A stretch of 50,838 nucleotides of DNA from positions 57,638,788-57,689,625 of the forward strand of contig NC_068995.1 in NCBI RefSeq assembly GCF_001194135.2, written 5' to 3'. The notes beneath the pieces are model-generated. The model was not told the origin of the DNA, did no database searches, and saw nothing but the letters and a program-made list of their open reading frames with translations. The stretch comes from Octopus bimaculoides (Eukaryota). Shown here piece by piece: positions 35,832 through 47,609 of the stretch. The first letter of the stretch is position 1, and each line of letters opens with the position of its first letter. Both the position numbers and the translations under genes were made by a program.

Positions 35832-35901
35832 TTCAACCCGGTGTCCCAGCATGGCCGCATCCAATGACTGAAACAAATAAACGATTAAAGATAAAAGATA
35901 A
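35832..35901 (+). mobile_element. Terminal 70 nt of SINE tail T, fused to the 5S copy
   Basis: TTCAACCCGGTGTCCCAGCATGGCCGCATCCAATGACTGAAACAAATAAACGATTAAAGATAAAAGATAA versus 31170-31235 TTCAAGGCGGTGCTGCCCCAGCATGGCCGCAGTCTAACGACTGAAACAAGTAAAAG. Confidence 0.85.
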
Positions 35902-36635
35902 ATGAATTTGTGTATCTATGTTTGTATGAGTGGGCACATATATACGTAAACTCATGTGTGTATGTGTGTACGCGTATGCGAGCGTAAGTGCGGATGTGTG
36001 TTAGCGTAAGTGTATACAAATGGACACGTCAAATGTACCAAGCACTTTGTATATTCGCTTCACATGTGTTGTGCAGAACAAAACTAACAGTCCAACAGAG
36101 ATAATGCTGTTGCTATAGTTACCGAAACAAACAATAACATCATCCTCCTGATATTTGAGCCTCTATTGTTGTGTCAACTTGACGCTTGTTTCGTATCTAA
36201 GGCACATCATGCTTCCACGTCCGCTTCAGCTATTGTATGACGGAATATCGTATGCACAAGTGTTCTGACTAGAAGCTTTTGTCAAGTCTTACTCAAGCGA
36301 GAGATTTGAGTTTTCTATTGTGACGAAGTTGCACTCAAGTTTCATTGCCTTCGAAATTTTTTCTTTCTTTTTATAGTTTTAATGTATTTTTGTTATATAT
36401 GTACATATTTCTTTTTCATTGTTTTTGTATATTACAAAAAGAAAAAGAAAAAGAAACTGATGTACGCAAAAAATAACAGTAACATACACACAAAAGAAAA
36501 AGCGAACACCTACAACTGTGTAAAAGGTAGACAGGAAAAAAAGTAGATGAATACATTTGATGTGGAAGAGGTGGGTGGCAGCCAATGTTTGCAAATTGTT
36601 TTGTGTAAAATATGTTGATGATAGTAACATTACCA

Positions 36636-36701
<66 letters not shown>

Positions 36702-36805
36702 TCATGTACATAAATATGAATATGTATGTGAGATTGTGTGTGTGTCCGTGAGTGTGATATCAGTCATAATGTGGATGTTCATAAACAGCTTCTTTACTTT
36801 CCCTC

Positions 36806-37240
36806 TGGCTGCGTGGTTAAGAAATTCGCTTTGTAACCTTCGGAACCTTGAGCAACTGACTTTTGCTAAAAAGACACAGAACCACAAATGCCTCCAGAGT
36901 AAATTTGGTAGGCAAAAACACTGTGTGCAAGTCCGACGTATACATACATGCATACATACATGAATGCATATATATATATATANNNNNNNNNNNNNNNNNN
37001 NNNNNNNNNNNNNNNNNNNNNNNNNNNNNNNNNNNNNNNNNNNNNNNNNNNNNNNNNNNNNNNNNNNNNNNNNNNNNNNNNNNNNNNNNNNNNNNNNNNN
37101 NNNNNNNNNNNNNNNNNNNNNNNNNNNNNNNNNNNNNNNNNNNNNNNNNNNNNNNNNNNNNNNNNNNNNNNNNNNNNNTCGATTAAAATTCTTCAAAACG
37201 GTGCTCCAGTATGAGCACAGTCTAAAGTAAAATATAAAAA
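36806..37240 (+). mobile_element. SINE family B head ... gap ... tail T (probably one element)
   Basis: TGGCTGCGTGGTTAAGAAATTCGC...CCTTGAGCAA...GAGTAAATTTGGTAGGCAAAAACAC...CGACGTATA before the gap; TCGATTAAAATTCTTCAAAACGGTGCTCCAGTATG after it. Confidence 0.6.
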
Positions 37241-39768
37241 ATAAAATAAATAAAATGGTTTGGAAGATATGGTTGAACTTATAATCTCTGGTTGCTGCTT
37301 TAAGTTAGTAAGCGCCACTTTGGAGGGAATTCCTTGGAAGGAGAATGGCATGGAAAATCTCAGATAATTAAAATGTTTCGTCTGATTATATTGCTGGAAG
37401 TCTTCCGTTGTGGCATCTAAACTGGAACCATGTGACTGGAAAGCGAACGTCTTAACAGAAACTGTATTTGCCATTATACAGTTTTGTACCATATAAATCC
37501 GAAATTGTTTTACTTCACAGAATGATCTATATTTTTATACAGCGTTAATTTATAAGCTTTATGGTGCGTAACGTAATTTCTTCCGAAGACTAATATTCGA
37601 ATCTATATCACCAGGTGATTTGTTATAGATATTGACAGATATATAAATAAATTTACTGCGATATTTTATATGATTATGACTATCGGAACTGTGATTTAGC
37701 TAGATCTAAATTTCTCAATACTACAGTTGTAAGACTTAAATTTTTTTGGAGAAATTTTGACCAAAAATTATTTTAGAGCAAGTTTAAGATACTTTATTCG
37801 TATAAGACACAACCAAACTCTGGCTTTACCATCAAGCTATTCAAGAGACCATACTTGCGTCTAAATTTGTCAAAGAAATTTCATTTAAAATGACCGACGT
37901 CAAACGTATAATGTTGAAATCTCTCTTTGCAATCTCTCTCTAATACACACAATCATTCACATAATATGCACACGTAATAAACACACACACACATGTATGT
38001 GTGTGTATCATACATACGTATACATAGATATACATATATACACGTATACATACATGCATTCATATACATACACATATATATACGTTTATATATACATACA
38101 TATATATNNNNNNNNNNNNNNNNNNNNNNNNNNNNNNNNNNNNNNNNNNNNNNNNNNNNNNNNNNNNNNNNNNNNNNNNNNNNNNNNNNNNNNNNNNNNN
38201 NNNNNNNNNNNNNNNNNNNNNNNNNNNNNNNNNNNNNNNNNNNNNNNNNNNNNNNNNNNNNNNNNNNNNNNNNNNNNNNNNNNNNNNNNNNNNNNNNNNN
38301 NNNNNNNNNNNNNNNNNNNNNNNNNNNNNNNNNNNNNNNNNNNNNNNNNNATATATATATATATATATATATATAGGTCCACCACGTTTGAGTCACGTAT
38401 TTCCATTAGATGAGTAGTTTCCATTTCCGTAACTGTGTTCACCTTCTCTCACATCCGCCATTATTTCAGCAGCGCAATAAATTCACAGCTTCTATTATCT
38501 CTCGACCGGAAGTGACGACAGGACACAACGATTTATTTGCATGACGTACTTTTGGGTTGTTTGAAATCGGTGAATATAACGGATAACACAATTATTTTTT
38601 TTTGTTATTTCATTTCTTTGTGTCCTTTTGAAAATAACTCTGATACTAAAAGGGACCAGGTAAACCCTAACTTTACTCGATGTCAAATTTAAAAGCAGAA
38701 ATGTCTCTTTAAGAATAAGATTGTATTGTGTGACCGACCAAATCGGTTGCAGATATTCTGTAGCTTATTTGGACAAGGCACTTAATTCCATGCACTTCAG
38801 TTCACCTAGTTGTCCTTCTGGAATATGTACCAAACTTATGAATGTTACCTGCCTTATATTGGTGTTCTCTCCAGAGCGAGATTCCTTTCTGCTTTGCTTG
38901 TTTCCTACGGAGAGAAAGCTTTTATGTAAGTCGTGGGCAAACTGAGGCTCGCGGGACTTTCTGAGTGGGACACCTAACGAAAAATTACCTTGATGATGAA
39001 CCAGGCCTCATGCGGCCCGCTTCTCCAGAAAGACTGCTCAATACCAGTTCTATGTTTTTGTTAGTTCTGTTAGAAATAGCAGTCAAATTTTCTTCAAATC
39101 ACACCGGTTTTGATAACTTATATGTGCGTGCGTGCGTGCGTATGTGTGTGTGTGTGTGTGTGTGTGCGTGCGCATGCGCGCGCGTAATTTCTTTAATCAG
39201 GAGGAAAGGAATATGGTCATGGTTAGTGCAGATCCTCTGAGAGTGGCGCCATCAACGCGGTTAATGCTCGTAGAATTTTAAGAAGTGGAGAGGCCATGCG
39301 TATTCAAGATAATGTTCGCCAAGGGTATGCTGTGGCCTGGATAAANNNNNNNNNNNNNNNNNNNNNNNNNNNNNNNNNNNNNNNNNNNNNNNNNNNNNNN
39401 NNNNNNNNNNNNNNNNNNNNNNNNNNNNNNNNNNNNNNNNNNNNNNNNNNNNNNNNNNNNNNNNNNNNNNNNNNNNNNNNNNNNNNNNNNNNNNNNNNNN
39501 NNNNNNNNNNNNNNNNNNNNNNNNNNNNNNNNNNNNNNNNNNNNNNNNNNNNNNNNNNNNNNNNNNNNNNNNNNNNNNNNNNNNNNNNNNNNNNNNNNNN
39601 NNNNNNNNNNNNNNNNNNNNNNNNNNNNNNNNNNNNNNNNNNNNNNNNNNNNNNNNNNNNNNNNNNNNNNNNNNNNNNNNNNNNNNNNNNNNNNNNNNNN
39701 NNNNNNNNNNNNNNNNNNNNNNNNNNNNNNNNNNNNNNNNNNATATATATACTAACATATACATGTAA

Positions 39769-39828
39769 ATAAGTACCAGTCTAGTACTGGAGGTCGATGT
39801 GATCGACTTTCCCCTCCCCTCAAAAACC
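39769..39828 (+). mobile_element. SINE family A 3' fragment
   Basis: AATAAGTACCAGTCTAGTACTGGAGGTCGATGTGATCGACTTTCCCCTCCCCTCAAAA. Confidence 0.7.
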
Positions 39829-40619
39829 ACTATTAAGCCTCCTCAGCAAGCCCTATTCTACTTAACATAAATGGATTTTGAAGAATATTCGGTGCTATTT
39901 TTTGAAACTAGGCAGAGTCTCCCCGAACGCTACTTGTTGTTATTGTTGTTGTTGTTAATGATGATATGGTTGCTGTTGTGACTGTTGTAGTCTAGCCTCC
40001 AGTCAGTCCTGATCCCAACCGATCTATAATCCCCTGTACCCATAGGCATTCCAATCGAGGCCATCCCGTCATTTTCTCAACTATCCAACGTCTGCTACCA
40101 TGTCTGAGACAGTAAGCAATGACGTCACAGAGGTTTGGCTTGTAATCTTAACAGGTCGAGCAATCGCTGAAAGGCGTCGGTGGGAAACACCATTTGTTGC
40201 ATGTTTAAGGCGGTGGCTTTTAAGTTTTAATATTCGAGAATAATCAAGTATGTTTACAAGTTGGCCATGGCTGGTCGTCTCAGTCGACAAGAGTCAACAG
40301 AGCAGAAACATTAAAAAAAAAAAGCAGCAATGACAATGAAACAACGAAGCCAGGTTAGTTTATTGAAAGGAAAGGCGTGCTATGGGTGTGGCATTTGTGG
40401 AGAGTTTGTTGTGTTGCGAAGGAAAAGCATTGTTCGGAATGATTTGTTTGAGGTGTGCACAAAGAAAGAAAGAAAGAAAGAAAGAAAGAAACACGTTTTT
40501 TTTTTTTTTAATGGGAGTCAGGGTTGGGGGGAATAACAGCTTATGTGGTGAAAGAATGATATATGAATGAAAGAAAGCATGAGGGAAAGAAAAAAGGAAA
40601 GACAAATGATTCTGTTAGG

Positions 40620-40660
<41 letters not shown>

Positions 40661-40986
40661 TGTGTGTGTGTGTGTGAGTGTGTATGTGTATGTGAGGGAG
40701 GGAGAGAGAAAGGAAGGTGAGTAAATGAGTGAGCAAACGAAAGAGAAAAGAGAGAGAGAGAGAAGGAGGGAGTGACAGAGAGAGGGGGGAATGGGGTGGA
40801 TAGAACGAAACGAAAGACAATGCGAATGGCTCGAAGTAAAATTGATGGAGTACGGAAGTAATAAAATGAGAGAAGAATGGAATGTAAATAAAGAATCGGT
40901 GAGGAAAGTGTAGAGATAAAAGAGGGGGAAATATTGATAAGAGAAAATGAAGAGGAAACTGAAAAGGATGAAGTAAACAGACATAC

Positions 40987-41038
<52 letters not shown>

Positions 41039-41281
41039 TATACATACGCACACACACACATACGTCCGCGCACACACGTACATATACGCACACTCCCATA
41101 CCCATATAACTATATAAGGACAGACAGATGAAATGGATAGACAGATAAGCAGGACACATAAACGTGTTTGAGTGTGAATTTATCTGTTTGTGTAGCTTTC
41201 TGTGTAACTTCATCAGTTTATCCACGAATGCTTCTGTTTACCTACAGAAGCAGTATCTGACTGCTTTCACATATGTCTATA

Positions 41282-41479
41282 CGAGGCGGTACCCAAAAGA
41301 AACCGGAATTTTGCAACATCATTTCATTCACTTAATTTTACATGTTTACACTTTTATCGCCTTCAAAGTATTCTCCATTTGAAGCAATGCGTCAGTCCAG
41401 ACACGTTTTCCACGATTCGAAACAGCGTCGGAACTCTTGCAAAGCGATGCCTTTTAACACCTCCATCGTTTTCTTCTTC
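41282..41479 (-). mobile_element. mariner right end: TIR plus transposase C-terminus
   Basis: TA|CGAGGCGGTACCCAAAAGAAACCGGAATTT terminal at 41282; minus-strand KKKTMEVLKGIALQEFRRCFESWKTCLD*RIASNGEYFEGDKSVNM* (cf. W..RL.KCI..NGEYFEGD). Confidence 0.9.
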
Positions 41480-42463
41480 ACGTAAAGAATCGGAAGAAAT
41501 AGCGCTAAGCATTTTGTCCGACGCATTAAGACCTCTGTCGTCTCGCTGCCTAATAATGATTTCTTATATTTACCACCCGGGGTACGTAGATGAGGGTACG
41601 ATACGCAGGCAAACACTAAGTGAAGGGATTTATATTAAATGGAATGATTAAAAAACACAGAAAAAAAAGCAACTCACGTGTTTATTGGTATATATATACA
41701 TATTTGTACTTTAGCGGCCATTTTATATAGTACACATCTGTATTTTCGTACGGTGGTGTATTAGTACGCACTAGGACTTTAATACGGCTGAATATTAGTC
41801 GACATTTGTATTTCAGTACGGCTTGTATTAGTAGACATTTATACTTTACTTCGGCTGAAAGTCTTACTAGTAATCTTTGTTGTAATGTCTGCGACAGTTT
41901 GAGAGACTGAAACAACTGAAGCGAAACAAATAAGTAAAAAAAAAAAAAAAAGATCTATTTTTAGTTTTCTTGCAAGTCAGTGCTAGTGACTAGACTATTA
42001 TGTGCAAACGCAATGCTTAATATTCGGTCTTCTTCGTTGGTGAAGGCGTTGGGACCGACTGGTCGGTGCACTCTTACAATGGAGCTTGGCGAATGTTCGC
42101 CCCGAGGTTATAGTGTCAAATTTGATGTCAACATCTTTATTTCACCGAGTGGACGAAAGCTGTCCCATCTTAACCGATTCGGTGATCAGCTTGCTCACAT
42201 GTATTACCTTTGAAGTATGTGTGAGCGTGTTTCTTTTTATGTGTGTGCGTGTGGGGCACTGTATGTGACATCGTGTGAGTGTGTATGTGTTCATGTGTGC
42301 ATATGTGTGCATATGTGTGTGCACATGTATATAAAAGATATTGTCCGTATCCTCTGTCATGGTATGCACATAAATATGTGTGTGTGTGTGTGTACATGTG
42401 TGTATGTTTATATGGATATCTGCGCGCATATATATATGTGTGTATATGGGTATATATTTATAC

Positions 42464-42511
<48 letters not shown>

Positions 42512-42517
42512 AAATAA

Positions 42518-42550
<33 letters not shown>

Positions 42551-43769
42551 CGTGTAAGCACAGGGATGCAAAACAACGTGGGAAAATGCTACTCGATTAC
42601 CGAGGGTAGAGTAATATACGTTTTTATAAAAAGTNNNNNNNNNNNNNNNNNNNNNNNNNNNNNNNNNNNNNNNNNNNNNNNNNNNNNNNNNNNNNNNNNN
42701 NNNNNNNNNNNNNNNNNNNNNNNNNNNNNNNNNNNNNNNNNNNNNNNNNNNNNNNNNNNNNNNNNNNNNNNNNNNNNNNNNNNNNNNNNNNNNNNNNNNN
42801 NNNNNNNNNNNNNNNNNNNNNNNNNNNNNNNNNNNNNNNNNNNNNNNNNNNNNNNNNNNNNNNNNNNNNNNNNNNNNNNNNNNNNNNNNNNNNNNNNNNN
42901 NNNNNNNNNNATATATATATATAAAGACATGGATGTGTATGATTGTTTATAGTAGAATATATTACTCAAAGAAATCGCATCTTTGTTTGATTTCCACGTT
43001 TTATTTACAATCTTATTATAAGATTGTAAATTAAGATTTAATATAAGATTGTAATATAAGATTTCTTCGTTTTTTGGGATTGATTATATATATATATACG
43101 CACACACACATACAAACATAAGTACATACATACGTGTATGCGTGTATATGTATACATGCATATGTGCATATATATGCATATATAGGAACATATATATACA
43201 TATGCATATACGCACTCACACATATATAAACACATACAAAGCTGCACACATATTTACATAGAAAAACACATTTATGTATATTTGTTGTAATTTTTTTGAA
43301 TATGTCACTTAATGAAAACGATGGTTTTAAGGAAAGAACTATATAAATATACAAAGTTATATCGCGAAAGTTTAGATAACAGCACGAAAGAATGGTTAGT
43401 CACTGAATTTTGGAAAAGTCTTGCAATAGCGATGCTGTAACATGTCTACCGGCTTATACATTTTTTGGCGGAAATTCTCAGCTTCTCGACATTACAAATT
43501 TTTGTTAACATTTCCCGAGTGCACTTGTAATGTTGAGGACAAATGTAAAATATATAATCTGGGTACTGAAGCTGCGGGTTGCGAGGAAAGTGTCCATAAA
43601 TATTCTCTTTCTAACTTCTTTTCAAAGAAATGTCCACATCTGCAGGGCAGCTGAACTTCCTAACTCAACATACTATTGATAATATTCTGCAAACAACTAT
43701 ATCAGGAATGTACGTCTGCTTATGAGTGAGTATATATGTATAGTCACACACATAAACTCAGTGTATACT

Positions 43770-43829
<60 letters not shown>

Positions 43830-44057
43830 NNNNNNNNNNGTGTGTGTGTAAATATATATGTATGCATGTATGTATTGTATGTATGTGTATGTATATATAT
43901 GTGTGTGTATATATATGTATATTTATGTATATATATGCGTATGCATATATGTGTGTATACACACACACACACACACACACATATGTATAAGTGTGCGTCT
44001 TCTGTTTGCGTATGCGTTTTATGAAACTCTTTTGTGTATATGAAGTTCTGCCTGTTT

Positions 44058-44113
<56 letters not shown>

Positions 44114-44427
44114 GTGTGTGTGTGTGCGTGTGTGTGCGTGTGTGCGTGCGCGTGCGTATTTACATAAGAAAAATAATTCTGTTTTGAAGCTTATTGTATT
44201 GCAAGACGCGTCTATAAACATAAATTTATTATCAAGTTTTTCCAACTTGCATATTTAACTTCTGAGATTAAATAGAATATAAATATTAAGCAATATTTTT
44301 CGACGTTTCCAGCATTCAAACATTTCAACGTTTCAAGAATTGTAGCACTGAAACCTTTGAAAACATGTGTTTAACTGAGTTTCATAGAAAAATTAGAATA
44401 ATTATAGAACCTAAATTCTTATCTTTG

Positions 44428-44760
44428 ATCTTTTACTGGTTTCAGTCATTAGACTGCGTCCATGATGGGGAAACCACCTTGAAGTTGTTCAGTCAAAGCA
44501 AATCGATTCAAGTACTTTAAGTGTAGTACTTATTCTATCGATATCTTCGCCGAGCGTGAAGAAACCTCTCATCAATCGCTGGAAGTTGGGACAAACACCG
44601 ACACAGTGACACACAAACGTATATGCACACACACACATACACACACACGGAGCTTTAAGTGTTTTCGCTCAATAAACACACACAAGCCCCGTCTGGGAAT
44701 CGAAACCGTGATCCTCCGACTGTGAGTCTGCTGCCCTAACCACTGGGCCATTGCACTTCC
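44428..44760 (-). mobile_element. OR-like tRNA-SINE head, (TG)n linker, tail T
   Basis: Reverse complement starts GGAAGTGCAATGGCCCAGTGGTTAGGGCAGCAGACTCACAGTCGGAGGATCACGGTTTCGATTCCCAGAC and ends ...CATCATGGACGCAGTCTAATGACTGAAACCAGTAAAAGA. Confidence 0.75.
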
Positions 44761-45103
44761 ACAAATATATTCAATATATAATGAAGCTTAGGGATCCTTA
44801 GACCGATATAGCCATAATACATCTCTGCCAGGAACATTTAATGTTAAGTCCATCAGTTATCCGGTGATAGGATTCCAGCTGTATTTCGTAAGTGATTCTC
44901 CTAAGTCTGAAACCCATAAAGTTCGCCTAAGAAGATTCTGGACTCAATATTAAAAGCTGATATCGTTAAGATCAAATCTCTTGATTACAGTGAATTATAA
45001 TTATGTTCAAACTTACGAACACTCTACACCAGACATTACTGAATAAGGCTTGAAAGTTTAAAGGAATAGTGTAGCGGGTTTTTATATTAAGTATATAGTT
45101 TAA

Positions 45104-45318
45104 GGCAGCGAGCTGCTAAAATGATATGCAGACCGGAAAAATTGCCTAGCAGCATTTAGTCCGGCTTTACGTTCTGGGCTCAAATACTGCCAAGGCCGAC
45201 TTTGGCTCTCATCTTTTGGCGGTCAACAAAATACCAGTCAAATATAGGAGTTGATGTGATCGGCTAATTCCACCCTCCTAAAATTGCTGGCCTTGTGCCA
45301 AAATTTGAAACGGTTATT
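45104..45318 (+). mobile_element. SINE family A
   Basis: GGCAGCGAGCTGCTAAAATG...TTTACGTTCTGGGCTCAAATAC...GACTTTGGCTCTCATC...GCTGGCCTTGTGCCAAAATTTGAAAC. Confidence 0.8.
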
Positions 45319-45496
45319 AAGTATTTAGTTTACTTAAATTCTAACTTCAGAGTCTGCAATGGTCAGATTTGTTCTTGAAATCTTACCAAAGTCGAAAATA
45401 ATCCTCAGTTTTGACCCACATTATAGACTGTAATTCAGAATTTTGATTAACGCCAGATTTAGATTGCTCTAAAGTCGCTTTTGATGCTGACTTCAG

Positions 45497-46005
45497 ACCT
45501 TTGAGCTGCCTTTTCATCTTGAGGAAGAGATGGCAGTCTGCAGGCGCTAAATCTGGCGAATTGGGCGGCTGCAGAAGCGATGCCATTTTTGTTTATTAGC
45601 GAGAAAATCACGAGTGAGGAGAACTCGGTGATAGAGTGCCTTGTCGTCCTTTGCCCTCCACAGATCCGGGTCGCTTTCGACGAATGTTCCCCTTCAAACG
45701 CTTCAAAATGTCGCAGTTGAACTCTCGATTGACGGGTCTGGCCCTGGGTGGGGCAAGAATTCTCGATGCATAATACCGCGGGTGTCGAAAAAAAAAACCA
45801 TGAGCATTCTCTTGACTGAGCTGCGGTTCTGTCGTGCCTTCTCCGGTCGTGGATGTGAAGCCCTCTTCCACTGTAACAACTGCTACGTCATCTCAGGGTC
45901 TCATTCGCATAAATCCAACTCTCTTCACCGGTGATAATCCTGGACATGAAGGATGGGTCATCAGTGACACGCTAACGGAGATCATGACGCGATGTTCTTT
46001 CTACA
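45497..46005 (-). pseudogene. mariner (DD34D-type) transposase catalytic-domain relic
   Basis: Minus strand, several frameshifts: DPSFMSRIITGEESWIY; DPE..Q..QWK...PRPEKARQNRSSVKRMLMVFF; FDTRGIMHREFL; VNREFNCDILKRLKGNIRRKRP; QPPNSPDLAPADCHLFLKMKRQLKG (ITGDESW and YSPDLAP motifs, first catalytic D changed to E). Confidence 0.92.
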
Positions 46006-46009
46006 CGCT

Positions 46010-46125
46010 GGTTCGGCAAAGAGAGATCGATGAAATAACTGCCACACTTTATATGAGTTGAGTCAAGAATTGGAGTCGGTATTTTCGACTTAATCTTTCA
46101 ATGCGTTGCTCCAGCATGGCGTAGG
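46010..46125 (+). mobile_element. SINE tail T fragment
   Basis: GGTTCGGCAAAGAGAGATCGATGAAATA...GGAGTCGGT...CGACTTAATC...GTTGCTCCAGCATGGC. Confidence 0.6.
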
Positions 46126-46554
46126 GACGATTACTAATACGAGTAAAAAATGTGTGCGTGTGTCTTTGTGTGTATGTGTGTGTACACACACACACATACA
46201 CTGGGAGAAAGAGACATGTGTATGAACTTGTCTGTATAAATATAAATATTTATATGTGTATGTGTGTGTACGCACGCATGAACATGTATACATATCTACA
46301 TATATATCTGTGCATATGTATATAAGCTTGAATGCATTTATCTACATATATACGTAAGTATTCATGCGCACTTTTATTTGTTTCATTCGTATACAAGATG
46401 GCGGCGGAAAATAATAACAGAAAATTCGTGAGGGTGGAAGGAGCGATTTTTGTCTAACGTTCTTTTCTTTTACTTATGTATTCTTTATTTCTATATTTTT
46501 ACCGTTTTATTTTCATTCATTGTTTTTTTTCCTATTCATTTTCCTTTCTCTTCT

Positions 46555-46591
46555 CTCTCTCACTCTGTCTCTCTCTCTGTCTCTCTCTCTG

Positions 46592-46680
<89 letters not shown>
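46555..46680. repeat. (CT)n / (CTGT)n tract
   Basis: Read directly. Confidence 0.97.
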
Positions 46681-46681
<1 letters not shown>

Positions 46682-46877
46682 ACTCCTGCCAATCGTCTGC
46701 TATCTCAGCTTCATTCTTCTCTACAGCCGACATCACTAAACGTCATCGATAGGAGTGAATTGCAGAAAATAAGGCCAATTTTCCACTTCACTAACAACAT
46801 CGATACTGCCGATTGTTTCTATGTAGTTGTTGTTCTTCGCCTTCTTGTTCTTGGTGTTATTGCAGTTTATATATATA

Positions 46878-46921
<44 letters not shown>

Positions 46922-46999
46922 TATATATATATAGTCAAGTATGGTTTTTATTTTTTCATTGTTTCTTATTCCTAGATTTTTTAATCCATCTCTCCCCTC

Positions 47000-47067
<68 letters not shown>

Positions 47068-47166
47068 AGGTGATTGTCGAGTTTTCTTTAATCTCTTGTT
47101 GCTTGTTTTTATGTTTCTTTTTGTACACACTCACAGACACACACATATATATATGTATTTATTTAT

Positions 47167-47211
<45 letters not shown>

Positions 47212-47609
47212 CGTATACATATAAATGCGCATATACATATATATATATATACGTATTCATATATACGTATATATACATATACACCTATATATATTTATAC
47301 TAATGCCTACATACACACACATACACGTGTGTGTGTGTGTGTNNNNNNNNNNNNNNNNNNNNNNNNNNNNNNNNNNNNNNNNNNNNNNNNNNNNNNNNNN
47401 NNNNNNNNNNNNNNNNNNNNNNNNNNNNNNNNNNNNNNNNNNNNNNNNNNNNNNNNNNNNNNNNNNNNNNNNNNNNNNNNNNNNNNNNNNNNNNNNNNNN
47501 NNNNNNNNNNNNNNNNNNNNNNNNNNNNNNNNNNNNNNNNNNNNNNNNNNNNNNNNNNNNNNNNNNNNNNNNNNNNNNTATATATAGGAGAAGAAAATGG
47601 ATATAATAA

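Noticed and set aside
41980-42213. DVNIFISPSGRKL resembling the MBD motif DVYYFSPSGKKF
   Set aside because: Key aromatic residues and the upstream GWxR segment are absent; no splice signals; likely chance.
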